DNA of 64,000 bases from Rhodoluna sp. (GTDB lineage: Bacteria; Actinomycetota; Actinomycetes; Actinomycetales; Microbacteriaceae), in NCBI GenBank assembly GCA_044345815.1, contig JBIJAI010000004.1, positions 2,585 through 66,584 on the forward strand, in the 5' to 3' direction. A program made the translations under genes and the position numbers. A model generated the notes under the pieces. The model did not search any database and was not told the origin of the DNA. It saw nothing but the letters and a program-made list of their open reading frames with translations. Positions within the stretch are counted from its first letter, which is position 1; every line of letters begins with the position of its first letter. Positions 30,863-40,225 of the stretch are shown piece by piece.

Positions 30863-33800
30863 ATACTCAGCGCCTGAGATTTTCAAGGTCATTAAAGAAT
30901 TTGACCTTGCTCCAGAAAAGATTGATGCCATTGAAAACGCGCCACTTGATTCCCCAGCCTTGGTTGTTGCAGGTGCGGGAAGTGGAAAAACTGAACTGCT
31001 GGCAGTTCGTGTGCTTTGGTTGGTAGCCAATGGCTACGCTCGACCTGAACAGATTCTTGGACTTACCTTTACTCGTAAAGCCGCCACTGAGTTATCCAAG
31101 CGAATCTTCGAGGCTTTGTTGAAACTTCGTGAAACTAGCTACTGGCCCGAGGGTGTCGATTATGAATTCGTCGCACCTACTATCTCCACCTACAACGCCT
31201 TCTCGAATCAAATCTTTAGGGATAACTGCTTGTCGTTGGGGTACGAGAGTGAGTCAACGCTGCTCAGCGAAGCAGCTGCCTTCCAGCTGGCTCGTGAGGT
31301 GTGCGTTCGATACGGGTCGGATGTTTCTGGATCTCTCAGCGATCTTGACCTGAATCTAGACACCCTGGTGCAGAAAGTGCTTGAACTATCCCAAGCCCTG
31401 AGCGATAACGGCCAGAGTGCGGATGCAGTACGAAGTGTTATTGAATTTACCGCCAACCACATCGGCTCTTTGCCAAAAAAGGCCGGAGCGGAAGTCGATT
31501 CGCGCTTTGTCTACATCGAAGAAATTGTGGAGGGTCTGAAGCCAACGCCTTTAATTGCTGAACTCGCTGAGAGATTCCAGCAGGAAAAAAAGCGCAGATC
31601 GGTGGTGGATTACTCAGATCAAGTTGCCCTAGCATACAAAGCAGTCTCCGAGAATGCTCAAGCCGCCGAGCTGATCAGAGAGAATTTCACGACTATCTTG
31701 CTTGATGAGTATCAAGACACTTCCGTTTTGCAAACCAAGCTCTTATCGACACTATTTGGCAACAGTTCCGTCTTTGCAGTTGGAGATCCAAATCAGTCAA
31801 TCTATGGCTGGCGTGGAGCAAGCTCTTCAAACCTGGATCAGTTTGGACAAGACTTTGGAAGCGTTAGGCACTTCTCTCTTCAAACTAGCTGGCGAAACCC
31901 AATCAAGGTTTTGGAAATGGCAAACAAAATTGCTTTGCCGCTTCAGGAGCCGGCAAGCTACGAGAAAGCGTCATCGGGAACTGAGCATGTGCTTCCGGTC
32001 AAGCTCGCGCCTAAACCCGACGCTATTGAAGGAACTACTGATTTTGCCTTTGAGCAAACCATTGAGGACGAGGCAAACGTTGTTGCGAACTGGCTCAAGC
32101 CAGCTGCAACGGCAGGTAAGAAGTGTGCCGTGCTGATGCGCAAGCGATCTTCGATGGCTTTGTTTGTTGAGAAGCTGCAGGCTGAAGGAATAGAGGTAGA
32201 AGTTGTCGGGCTCGGGGGACTACTCGAGATGCCCGAGATCGTCGATTTGGTTTGTTCTCTCAAGGTTGTGCAGCGAGTCGATTCGGGCAGTGAACTGATT
32301 CGATTGCTCACCGGTGCCAGATGGCGAATTGGTATCAAGGACATAGATCGCTTGTTTGTAATAGCCAGGAAGCTTTCTGGCCCAAGGCAAGAAGGAGTGT
32401 TCCGCGAAGAGATAACAATCGTCGAGGCCCTAGACCTAGTTCTCAACGAAAAACTCGAGCTACTGAAAGAGTTTTCTGAGGAGTCGCTTACTCGGTTGCA
32501 AGAGGCGGCAAAGCTGTTTCAGAATCTTCGCTCCTCCACAGCCCTACCACTGTCGGATTTTGTAAGGCTGTGTGCCGAGGAGCTGTGGCTGGATATTGAG
32601 CTGCGCGCCAATCCAAAGCTTGCTAACCCCCTGGCCCAGCTGAACTCGTTCTATGAAATCGTTGCCGGATTTGGATCGAATTCTGCAAGTGCACTTCTCG
32701 GCCAGTTCTTGAACTGGCTCGAGTACGCGACCAAGAAAGAGCGCTTTGAGATTCCGCGGGTGACCCCAGGAGCTGGCGTTGTTCAGGTTCTCACCATTCA
32801 CGCGGCTAAGGGACTTGAATGGGACTTTGTTGCAATTCCAAACTTGGTGGAAGATGATTTCCCTTCAAAGCCAAGATCAGTTTCAGGTTGGTTATCGGGA
32901 GCTGAACTTCCTTACCCACTTCGCGGAGACACCGGATCTTTACCGGTGTTTGATTTTCAAGCTGCAGCGATTCAGTCCGAACTAAAAGCCGCAACTGATC
33001 AGTTCAAGTCAGATAACAAGGAGCACCAGCTTCGAGAAGAGTTCAGGCTCATTTACGTTGCGATAACCAGAGCAAAAGAAGCACTGCTTCTTTCAGGCTC
33101 CTATTGGAAGCCAGCCAACTCTGGTTCTAGAAAGCCTTCTCGGTTTATGACAGAGCTAGCCGAAGGTAACTTCCAATTTCCAGATTTAGATACAGCAGAA
33201 AATCCACTCGATTTATCTCCTCGACAAAAATCTTGGCCTCTAGAGCCAATCGGTGAAGTTTATGCCGCGATTGTCGAGAATTCAGCGTCAGAGGTGGATA
33301 AAGCCTCGGCGAAGCTAGAGCGCATAAGCGCGCAGGATCTAAGAAGCTCGAGTATCCATCAAGAAATCGATCTGCTACTAAAGGAGCAAGATGATCGCAT
33401 ACAAAGACTTGGTCAAGTTGAACTGCCAGTTCGTATCCCGGCTTCAAAGTTCAAGGAGTTCATAACTGATTTGCCAGCGCAGGCTGCCAGGTATCTAAGA
33501 CCGGTTCCAACCCAGCCTTATCGAGCCACCAAAGCAGGTACCGCTTTTCACTCCTGGGTTGAGGATTTCATCGTCTCGGAAGTTGATGATGCACCAAAGG
33601 AGATACTTGAGCTAACGGAGGTCTTCAAGAACTCTAGGTTCAAGAATCTAACCCCAGCGGATGTTGAAATTGAGATTAACTTAACCCGTGGTTCAAACAC
33701 CTTTGTTTGCAAGTTGGATGCAGTTTTTCAATCCGGTGATCGATTCGAAATTGTGGACTGGAAGACCGGGGCTGCGCCCAAGGACAAGGCCACCGAGCAG

Positions 33801-33974
33801 CAGATGATTCTTCAGCTTGCTCTATACCGATTCGCCTATTCCGCGCTCAAGAAGATTCCAATTGAGCAAATCGATGTTTGCTTCTACTTTGTTGGGGACG
33901 ACATTGAGCTGCGCCCAGAGAAGGTTCCCGCTCCAGAAGAGCTAGTGAAGATGTGGGAAGAGCTGTTTACTTAG
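30852..33974 (+). CDS. adnB: AdnB helicase-nuclease subunit
   Basis: AGAGSGKT, LDEYQDT, GDPNQSIYGWRGA, TIHAAKGLEW, YVAITRAK, LDAVF..IVDWKTG..QLALY. Confidence 0.9.
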   Translation: MSARYSAPEIFKVIKEFDLAPEKIDAIENAPLDSPALVVAGAGSGKTELLAVRVLWLVANGYARPEQILGLTFTRKAATELSKRIFEALLKLRETSYWPEGVDYEFVAPTISTYNAFSNQIFRDNCLSLGYESESTLLSEAAAFQLAREVCVRYGSDVSGSLSDLDLNLDTLVQKVLELSQALSDNGQSADAVRSVIEFTANHIGSLPKKAGAEVDSRFVYIEEIVEGLKPTPLIAELAERFQQEKKRRSVVDYSDQVALAYKAVSENAQAAELIRENFTTILLDEYQDTSVLQTKLLSTLFGNSSVFAVGDPNQSIYGWRGASSSNLDQFGQDFGSVRHFSLQTSWRNPIKVLEMANKIALPLQEPASYEKASSGTEHVLPVKLAPKPDAIEGTTDFAFEQTIEDEANVVANWLKPAATAGKKCAVLMRKRSSMALFVEKLQAEGIEVEVVGLGGLLEMPEIVDLVCSLKVVQRVDSGSELIRLLTGARWRIGIKDIDRLFVIARKLSGPRQEGVFREEITIVEALDLVLNEKLELLKEFSEESLTRLQEAAKLFQNLRSSTALPLSDFVRLCAEELWLDIELRANPKLANPLAQLNSFYEIVAGFGSNSASALLGQFLNWLEYATKKERFEIPRVTPGAGVVQVLTIHAAKGLEWDFVAIPNLVEDDFPSKPRSVSGWLSGAELPYPLRGDTGSLPVFDFQAAAIQSELKAATDQFKSDNKEHQLREEFRLIYVAITRAKEALLLSGSYWKPANSGSRKPSRFMTELAEGNFQFPDLDTAENPLDLSPRQKSWPLEPIGEVYAAIVENSASEVDKASAKLERISAQDLRSSSIHQEIDLLLKEQDDRIQRLGQVELPVRIPASKFKEFITDLPAQAARYLRPVPTQPYRATKAGTAFHSWVEDFIVSEVDDAPKEILELTEVFKNSRFKNLTPADVEIEINLTRGSNTFVCKLDAVFQSGDRFEIVDWKTGAAPKDKATEQQMILQLALYRFAYSALKKIPIEQIDVCFYFVGDDIELRPEKVPAPEELVKMWEELFT

Positions 33975-34987
33975 AACAGTTCGTCGTTTTTGATTGCAGG
34001 AGCTGCTGGCTCACTTGCTAGCTTGGCCTGAGCAATGGAAGCTGCCAGGGGAGCGGCGTGAACTCGCTCTGCTTTGCCAGTTTCTACTTCTTCGGTTAGC
34101 ACCAAGAGCATGCCAACGGCATCTTCGATGATTTCCTGATTTCCAGTTGAGTAGCCGTGCAGCAGCCAACGAGCAAGTTCTAGCTCGCTGTATAGCAGTG
34201 CGCGTGGCCAAATGTTGCTGTCAGCCCCAGGCCTTGCTTCGAAGTAGCGAGCGAGAAGGTTCCTGGAAAGCTCAGGGGCTGCGCCTCCAAGAATCCAAGA
34301 AAGATCTTCGGCAGGGTCTGCGATTCGAAGCCCTGACCAGTGCAATACTCCAGAAACCTTTCCATCAAGCTCAAGAACGCTTTGGCCATTTAGGCTGCCG
34401 TGAATCACAGTTGGCTGGTAGCGGAACAAGCTGGCATCTTCCAGCGCTTGTTCCCAGCGGTAAAGCAGAACCGGTGGAACTTTTCCAGTCTGAGCTGCTC
34501 GGTCAAGTTCTGCTACTCGGTATTTCAGGTTTGAGGCCGGGTCCAGTTCTGGGAAACCAGCGTTCTGCACTAGCTCAACAGGAAGTTTGTGGATTGCAGC
34601 AATTGAAGTGGCAATGCTGAGGGTCAAATCAGAAAGTGGCTCAACTCGGCTGATTTCGATTGGGTTGCCATAGACAAAGTTGAACACCATTGCTCTTTGA
34701 CCATCTGAATCCTGGGTGCCACCAACTAGCTCGCTTAGCTCAAAGGGGAGGTTTAGGCGAATGACGGGTGTGAAAGTTTTGATTGCTCGAATCTCAGCTT
34801 CCAGTTCAGTTCCTGCGCTGGCGCTATTGGCCATTCGAACTACAAAGTGTTCACCGCTTTTAGCGGTTAGGAGGGCTGCGTCGAAAGCACCGGAAGCTCC
34901 ACCATCAAGGTTCTTCACCTGGGCGAAGTCAAACTGGGGAACGGCGTCCTTCGCTAGGGCCGCTAAAATCAAGGGAGATCTAGCCAT
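33971..34987 (-). CDS. aminoglycoside/macrolide phosphotransferase-fold protein with degenerate catalytic motifs
   Basis: APH-like pattern (AAIH, PTVIHG, DPAEDL.W). Start MARSPLILAALA at 34987. Confidence 0.8.
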   Translation of the reverse strand: MARSPLILAALAKDAVPQFDFAQVKNLDGGASGAFDAALLTAKSGEHFVVRMANSASAGTELEAEIRAIKTFTPVIRLNLPFELSELVGGTQDSDGQRAMVFNFVYGNPIEISRVEPLSDLTLSIATSIAAIHKLPVELVQNAGFPELDPASNLKYRVAELDRAAQTGKVPPVLLYRWEQALEDASLFRYQPTVIHGSLNGQSVLELDGKVSGVLHWSGLRIADPAEDLSWILGGAAPELSRNLLARYFEARPGADSNIWPRALLYSELELARWLLHGYSTGNQEIIEDAVGMLLVLTEEVETGKAERVHAAPLAASIAQAKLASEPAAPAIKNDELF

Positions 34988-35045
34988 GTTTTTAAGGTTA
35001 GACAACGTTGCCCGATCTATTCAGTTTCGCCACGCGAGGGATAAA

Positions 35046-35996
35046 GTGAGCCAGAATCAGCTGCCACCATTAGCTCGCTCGGCGCTGGATAGAGACTACT
35101 TATTGCGGGCCAATAGCGACCTGTTTGCCGTTCTTCGTGATCAAGCCAACTCAATGGCATTACTTATCCATCAAGGCAAGGTGTTGCTGGGTCAAGACTT
35201 ATCCCTTTCACTTATTCCGCTTAGCTCGGCCCCTGCGGCAAAAGTGATGGTGTACCTAGGCAAAAGCACTGAGGACGCATCCTCGGTCGCTGCCGGCAGC
35301 GCGATCTGTCTTGTGGTGATTGATCAGGCGCAAGCCAATTCGATCGAACCAAACCCCGAGCGTTGGATTTCCCTTCGGTCAACCGGTGCAGGGCTATCCG
35401 ATCTGGATGCTGGAATCTTTACCCAGGCTTTGGCCCTAAGCAATTGGCACCAGAGCCACACTCATTGCCCAAGTTGCGGCAGCGAAACTGCCATTGAGCA
35501 GGGAGGTTGGGTGCGCAGGTGCACACTTGAAGATCTGGAATTGTTTCCAAGAACTGACCCAGCGGTTATTGTTTCGATCATCGACGAGAACGATCGAATC
35601 CTGCTTGGCTCGCAAGGAATCTGGGAGCAAAATCGTTGGTCGATTCTTGCTGGCTTTGTTGAGCCGGGAGAGTCGCTCGAGGCGGCAGTGGCCAGAGAGA
35701 TGAAAGAAGAATCCGGGCTGGATGTCACTGATGCCAAATACACCTATTCCCAAGGTTGGCCTTACCCGTACTCACTGATGCTTGGATTTAGTGCCAGGGC
35801 AAACTCCTCGCAACAGCTTCGTCCAGACGGTGAGGAAATCACAAAGCTTCGCTGGTTTTCTCGCGAAGAGCTCGCTTCTGAAGCAAAGGAGATTCTGCTG
35901 CCTGGTCGAGCAAGCATCTCAAGGGCCATGATTGAGCTTTGGTTTGGTAAAGAAATAGTTTCTGCAACCGAAAATGCGAGTAATGGCAAGCGCTAA
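35046..35996 (+). CDS. nudC: NAD(+) diphosphatase
   Basis: HCPSCG zinc ribbon, FPRTDPAVI, Nudix box AGFVEPGESLEAAVAREMKEESG, SQGWPYP. Start GTG 35046. Confidence 0.92.
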   Translation: MSQNQLPPLARSALDRDYLLRANSDLFAVLRDQANSMALLIHQGKVLLGQDLSLSLIPLSSAPAAKVMVYLGKSTEDASSVAAGSAICLVVIDQAQANSIEPNPERWISLRSTGAGLSDLDAGIFTQALALSNWHQSHTHCPSCGSETAIEQGGWVRRCTLEDLELFPRTDPAVIVSIIDENDRILLGSQGIWEQNRWSILAGFVEPGESLEAAVAREMKEESGLDVTDAKYTYSQGWPYPYSLMLGFSARANSSQQLRPDGEEITKLRWFSREELASEAKEILLPGRASISRAMIELWFGKEIVSATENASNGKR

Positions 35997-37671
35997 CGCC
36001 GAGAGTATTCTCGCAGGCCTCGATCCCAAGCAACAGGCTGCTGCTCAATCGTTGGTTGGCCCCACCTGCATACTTGCTGGAGCAGGAACTGGAAAAACCA
36101 GAACAGTCACCCATCGCATCGCCTACGGAATTGCAACTGGGCATTTCGCCGCTAACCGCGTGCTGGCACTTACCTATACAAACCGGGCAGCAGGGGAACT
36201 TCGCTCTAGATTACGTGCACTTGGCGTCGGAGCAGTCTCGGTTAGAACCTTCCATGCTGCTGCTCTTGCACAGCTTGAGTACTTCTGGCCCCAACTAGTT
36301 GGTGTTCCAGCTCCATCGATTCTGGATTCCAAAGCCAAGCTAATCGGAATCGCTGCTAAATCCTTGTCAATCAATCTCGATAACGCAGCTCTTAGGGATA
36401 TGGCAAGTGAGATTGAGTGGCGAAAGTACTCGATGCTATCGATGGATGAGTATGCCCAGCTTGCAGATGCAAGGCCTAAAGTTGCCGGACTTTCCTTTCA
36501 GAAAAACCTTGAGATCCAAAAGCTATACGAGCAAGAAAAGATTCGCGCACAAAAACTCGATTGGGAGGATGTTCTGGTTCTGACTCTTGGACTTCTAAAA
36601 GCTGAGCCACGTGCCCTAGCTCACGTTCAAAGTCAGTATCGTTTCTTCACAGTCGATGAGTACCAGGACATCTCGCCGCTTCAGCATGCACTTTTGGATC
36701 AGTGGCTTGGTGAGCACGCTGAGCTTTGTGTGGTGGGGGATCCAAACCAGACCATTTACTCTTTTACTGGAGCAAGTAGTGAATTCCTCCGGAACTTCGC
36801 AGATCGATTCCCGGGAGCCAGCATTGTTGATCTAACAACCAACTACCGCTCCACAAAGCAGATAGTTGCTTTCGCAAATCGTCTAACTAGCGATGCAGCT
36901 CTTGGTGGAGAACTAGAGGCGGCAGGTCCTGCCGGCCTTGCTCCGCAGGTAGCAAGTTTCGAATCTGCCCAGGCCGAATCCAAGGCCGTTGCCACAGCAA
37001 TCTCCGAAGCAATCGCGGGCGGGGTTTCAAAAAGCGACATCGCAGTTTTGTATCGCATCAACAACCAATCTGAGCTTCTAGAGCGCGCACTAGATGCACT
37101 CGGAATCAGCTATCAACTGCGTGGAGGAGAGCGCTTTTTTGCTCGAGCTGAAATCAAAAGCGCGGTTCAGCTAATTCGCGCTGAAGCGCTAAGCCCTTCG
37201 GGTAAGCCTTTGCACCAGGCGGTAAGTGACATCGTTCGCTCTCTTGGTTGGCAAGCTAACAAGCCAACTGAGGTAGGAGTGGTTGCAAGCAAGTGGGAGG
37301 CGCTAAACGCTTTGCTTTTGATGTTGGATGATCTTCCAGAAGGTGCCGGTATCAAAGACTTCGCACTTGAGCTGGCAGACCGCGCTCACTCGCAGCATGA
37401 ACCAACTACCGACGCTGTGACGTTATCCACTATTCACGCAGCTAAGGGTTTGGAGTGGCCAATGGTGTTTATTGTTGGACTGAACGAAGGCTATCTTCCA
37501 ATCTCTTACGCCAAGACTGAAGCTGCCATTCAAGAAGAAAAGCGCTTGCTGTATGTCGGAATCACTAGGGCGATGCGAGATCTAAGGCTTTCCTTTGCAA
37601 CGTTTGATGCATCCAGAGAAAGATCCCCATCGCGTTTTATTGCGGTACTGCAACCTGGTTTAGCTAAGTAG
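35983..37671 (+). CDS. uvrD2: ATP-dependent DNA helicase, UvrD2-like
   Basis: AGAGTGKT, VDEYQD, GDPNQTIYSF, TNYRS, TIHAAKGLEW, YVGITRA; follows nudC. Confidence 0.85.
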   Translation: MASANAESILAGLDPKQQAAAQSLVGPTCILAGAGTGKTRTVTHRIAYGIATGHFAANRVLALTYTNRAAGELRSRLRALGVGAVSVRTFHAAALAQLEYFWPQLVGVPAPSILDSKAKLIGIAAKSLSINLDNAALRDMASEIEWRKYSMLSMDEYAQLADARPKVAGLSFQKNLEIQKLYEQEKIRAQKLDWEDVLVLTLGLLKAEPRALAHVQSQYRFFTVDEYQDISPLQHALLDQWLGEHAELCVVGDPNQTIYSFTGASSEFLRNFADRFPGASIVDLTTNYRSTKQIVAFANRLTSDAALGGELEAAGPAGLAPQVASFESAQAESKAVATAISEAIAGGVSKSDIAVLYRINNQSELLERALDALGISYQLRGGERFFARAEIKSAVQLIRAEALSPSGKPLHQAVSDIVRSLGWQANKPTEVGVVASKWEALNALLLMLDDLPEGAGIKDFALELADRAHSQHEPTTDAVTLSTIHAAKGLEWPMVFIVGLNEGYLPISYAKTEAAIQEEKRLLYVGITRAMRDLRLSFATFDASRERSPSRFIAVLQPGLAK

Positions 37672-38952
37672 ATCCCGAAGGGCTGCATCCATGTCATCTT
37701 CTGGAGCGCCATTTGAAAGCTTGGCAATCAATGCAGTCGGGTCGGCGATATCTGCTTCGGTCGGCAAAAGATCTGGGTGTGACCATATGGCGTCACGTTT
37801 TTGAATTCCAACCGCATCTGTGATCGCATTCCACATCGCTGATGCTTCACGTAGTTTTCGAGGACGAAGCTCCAATCCAATTAGGGTAAGAAATGTCTTC
37901 TCCGCTGGCCCTCCCGAGGAGCGCTTTCTGCGAACAAGTTCAGCAATGGCCGCTGATCTTGGTAGACGCACAGTTGCTTTTTGGGTCACGCAGTCCACCC
38001 AACCTTCGATTAGGGCAAGCACTGTTTCGATTCGCTCAAGAGCAACTGTCTGGGCGGGAGTTCGCGGAGCAATCAGGGCTCCCGATTCAAATGCTTTTTG
38101 GATGTTTCCAATTTCGTTCGGATCAAAGTTTTCAGACATCTCAACAATGCGAGTGTTGTCAATTGAAATCTCACGGGCATAGGCAGTGATTAGATTCACC
38201 GTGTATTCGCGTAGCCACTTACTCTGTTTGAAGAGTCTGGCGTGGGCAAGTTCTCTAACTACAAAGTAGAAGTAGACCTGATCTGATTCTTCTTCCAGGG
38301 ATTCAACAAGCTCGGCCAAGTTCTGGGCAACAAAGGCAGGGCGTGGTTCTTTGAATATTGGAAGGCCAATATCGCCTGCACTAAGAACTTCTTCAGATAG
38401 CCGCCCGAGTGCTTGACCCATCTGCATGGCAAACATTACCGAGCCTGCCGATTTCATGATCCCACTGGCTTGAGACATAAAGCCCGAAAATTCTTCCGGC
38501 AGATTCTCTTGGAAGTTTTCTGTCAAAGCTTCCGACATGCGGTTAGCAACGGGAGTCGCTAAGTCTTTGAAAAGACCTAGTGAATCGACCACCCAAAGTT
38601 CACGCGATAACAGTTTTGGTTCGGAAGTTATTGATGCAACCTCTGTTACCTCATCAAGCCACAAGCTTCCAGTGGCCATGGCGTTTGAAATGGATTTGGC
38701 CACCGACTCAGAAACTTTTTTAGATCCCTGATTAGCTATTTGCTTGGCCTGAGTTTCAACCAGTGACCAGTTCAAACCCTCGCTTGCCTCTCCTGGAACA
38801 ATCGCTGAAGTCAACTTGGCAAGAAGTTGTTGGAGAGTTGCTGGATCAACGGGCAAGCCGGCAGCTTTGGCAATTTGCTCTGGGTCTAGTTGCTCGCCCG
38901 CGAGGAAGCGTCGAAGCAATGCTTCGAAATCCTCTGGTCTTTGCTCGTCCAA
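37660..38952 (-). CDS. zincin-like putative metalloprotease (DUF2342 family)
   Basis: RELAHARLF, LALIEGWVD, GGPAE.TF..LIGLELRPR, RDAIWSHPDLLPT. Confidence 0.85.
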   Translation of the reverse strand: MDEQRPEDFEALLRRFLAGEQLDPEQIAKAAGLPVDPATLQQLLAKLTSAIVPGEASEGLNWSLVETQAKQIANQGSKKVSESVAKSISNAMATGSLWLDEVTEVASITSEPKLLSRELWVVDSLGLFKDLATPVANRMSEALTENFQENLPEEFSGFMSQASGIMKSAGSVMFAMQMGQALGRLSEEVLSAGDIGLPIFKEPRPAFVAQNLAELVESLEEESDQVYFYFVVRELAHARLFKQSKWLREYTVNLITAYAREISIDNTRIVEMSENFDPNEIGNIQKAFESGALIAPRTPAQTVALERIETVLALIEGWVDCVTQKATVRLPRSAAIAELVRRKRSSGGPAEKTFLTLIGLELRPRKLREASAMWNAITDAVGIQKRDAIWSHPDLLPTEADIADPTALIAKLSNGAPEDDMDAALRDLLS

Positions 38953-39035
38953 AATTGCTCCTTAGCTGGGCTACAGCTTTAGGTTACTTGCTGAAAATGG
39001 GTACTAGCTGGGAGCTGCGCTCCCACTTTCTGGGT

Positions 39036-39049
39036 GTTCGCCGAGAGCG
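39036..39049. promoter_or_regulatory. ClgR-type operator (GTTCGC-N5-GCG)
   Basis: GTTCGCcgagaGCG between the divergent zincin and PDZ-Lon protease genes. Confidence 0.6.
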
Positions 39050-39119
39050 TGCCCAAATCAGCTCAAATGAATCTGGAGCTGACCTAGGCTTGATAGCAAT
39101 CACAGCTTCTAGGGCGGTA

Positions 39120-40211
39120 ATGACTTTTTTTCAAAGACAACGGGGTGGATCGAAGGCAATGGATTCAGCCAAACGTGGCCTAGGTTTCTTTGTTGCAGTG
39201 AGCTTTTTTATCGGGCTTGTGACTCTGGTGGTTTTGCCAACTCCTTATCTGATCGAACGTCCAGGCCCAACTTTTGACGTTCTCGGAGAAATTGATGGCC
39301 AGCAGGTCATTGAGATCAACAATCAGCAAAGCTATGAGTCAGAAGGTCAACTCGATGTGCTGACCGTGAGTATCGTGGGAAGGCCAGAGCGAACCCCGAG
39401 TTGGATCGAAATTGGTCTTGCTTGGATGGATTCGAAGCAGAAGGTTGTTCCGGTCGAGGCGCTTTACCCGCCTGATCGAACTAGCGAAGAAGTTCGCGCC
39501 GAATCCAGCGCAATGATGGAAGTTTCTCAGCAGGATGCCATAGCGGCAGCCCTTAGCTATTTAGGTTACGAAACTCCTAGAGAAATTTACATCGCTCAGG
39601 TCACAGCGGATTCACCATCCAGCGGCAAGCTCGTCGCAGCTGATTTTGTAATCTCAGTCAACGGAGAAAGACTCACCAGTATCGAGCAGCTTCGGACAAT
39701 TGTTTCAAGCTGGGATGGAGTTAAGCCTGTTGAAGTGACCGTGAACCGAGATGGAGTATTGGTCTCTCATGAGGTGACTCCGGTCAAGGACGCTGAAGGT
39801 AACTTCCGACTCGGACTTTTGGTTGGGTACAAGTACGACTTCCCAGTTGATGTCAATCTTCAGCTCGGAGATGTTGGAGGACCTTCCGGCGGAATGATGT
39901 TTGCGCTTGGAATAATTGACCGCCTAACCCCAGGTGATTTGACCGGTGGGCTGCACGTTGGTGGTACCGGAACTATTCAAGAATCTGGTGTAGTTGGCCC
40001 GATCGGGGGAGTGGTTTTGAAACTTCACGGAGCCAAAGCAGCTGGCGCCACAGTGTTCCTAGCCCCTGCTGGCAACTGCCCAGAAATCGTAGGTAATGAA
40101 CCAAGCGGGCTTCGGGTTGTTAAAATAGACAAGCTGTCAGATGCCGTTGCGGCACTCGAAAAACTTTCAAAGAATCAAGACTTGGCAAGCCTGCCTAGCT
40201 GTACTAAATAG
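39120..40211 (+). CDS. membrane-anchored PDZ + Lon-type S16 protease (YlbL-like)
   Basis: N-terminal TM, PGPT.DVLG, PDZ domain, GGPSGG catalytic Ser, IGGVVLK catalytic Lys. Start ATG 39120. Confidence 0.9.
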   Translation: MTFFQRQRGGSKAMDSAKRGLGFFVAVSFFIGLVTLVVLPTPYLIERPGPTFDVLGEIDGQQVIEINNQQSYESEGQLDVLTVSIVGRPERTPSWIEIGLAWMDSKQKVVPVEALYPPDRTSEEVRAESSAMMEVSQQDAIAAALSYLGYETPREIYIAQVTADSPSSGKLVAADFVISVNGERLTSIEQLRTIVSSWDGVKPVEVTVNRDGVLVSHEVTPVKDAEGNFRLGLLVGYKYDFPVDVNLQLGDVGGPSGGMMFALGIIDRLTPGDLTGGLHVGGTGTIQESGVVGPIGGVVLKLHGAKAAGATVFLAPAGNCPEIVGNEPSGLRVVKIDKLSDAVAALEKLSKNQDLASLPSCTK

Positions 40212-40225
40212 AAAACGGGAGAATC

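Noticed and set aside
33971-34987. Macrolide or aminoglycoside resistance gene
   Set aside because: Both catalytic Asp residues are missing and the gene lies in a housekeeping locus.
34716-35045. 110 aa N-terminal extension of NudC suggesting a fusion
   Set aside because: Antisense to the 5' part of the APH-like gene; NudC-like sequence begins near GTG 35046.
27743-37671. Helicase-nuclease cluster as a novel anti-phage system
   Set aside because: Matches the conserved actinobacterial adnA-adnB-nudC-uvrD2 repair locus.
38763-39119. N-terminal extension of the PDZ-Lon protease
   Set aside because: Overlaps the divergent zincin gene and the regulatory region; the plausible start is ATG 39120, just ahead of the TM segment.
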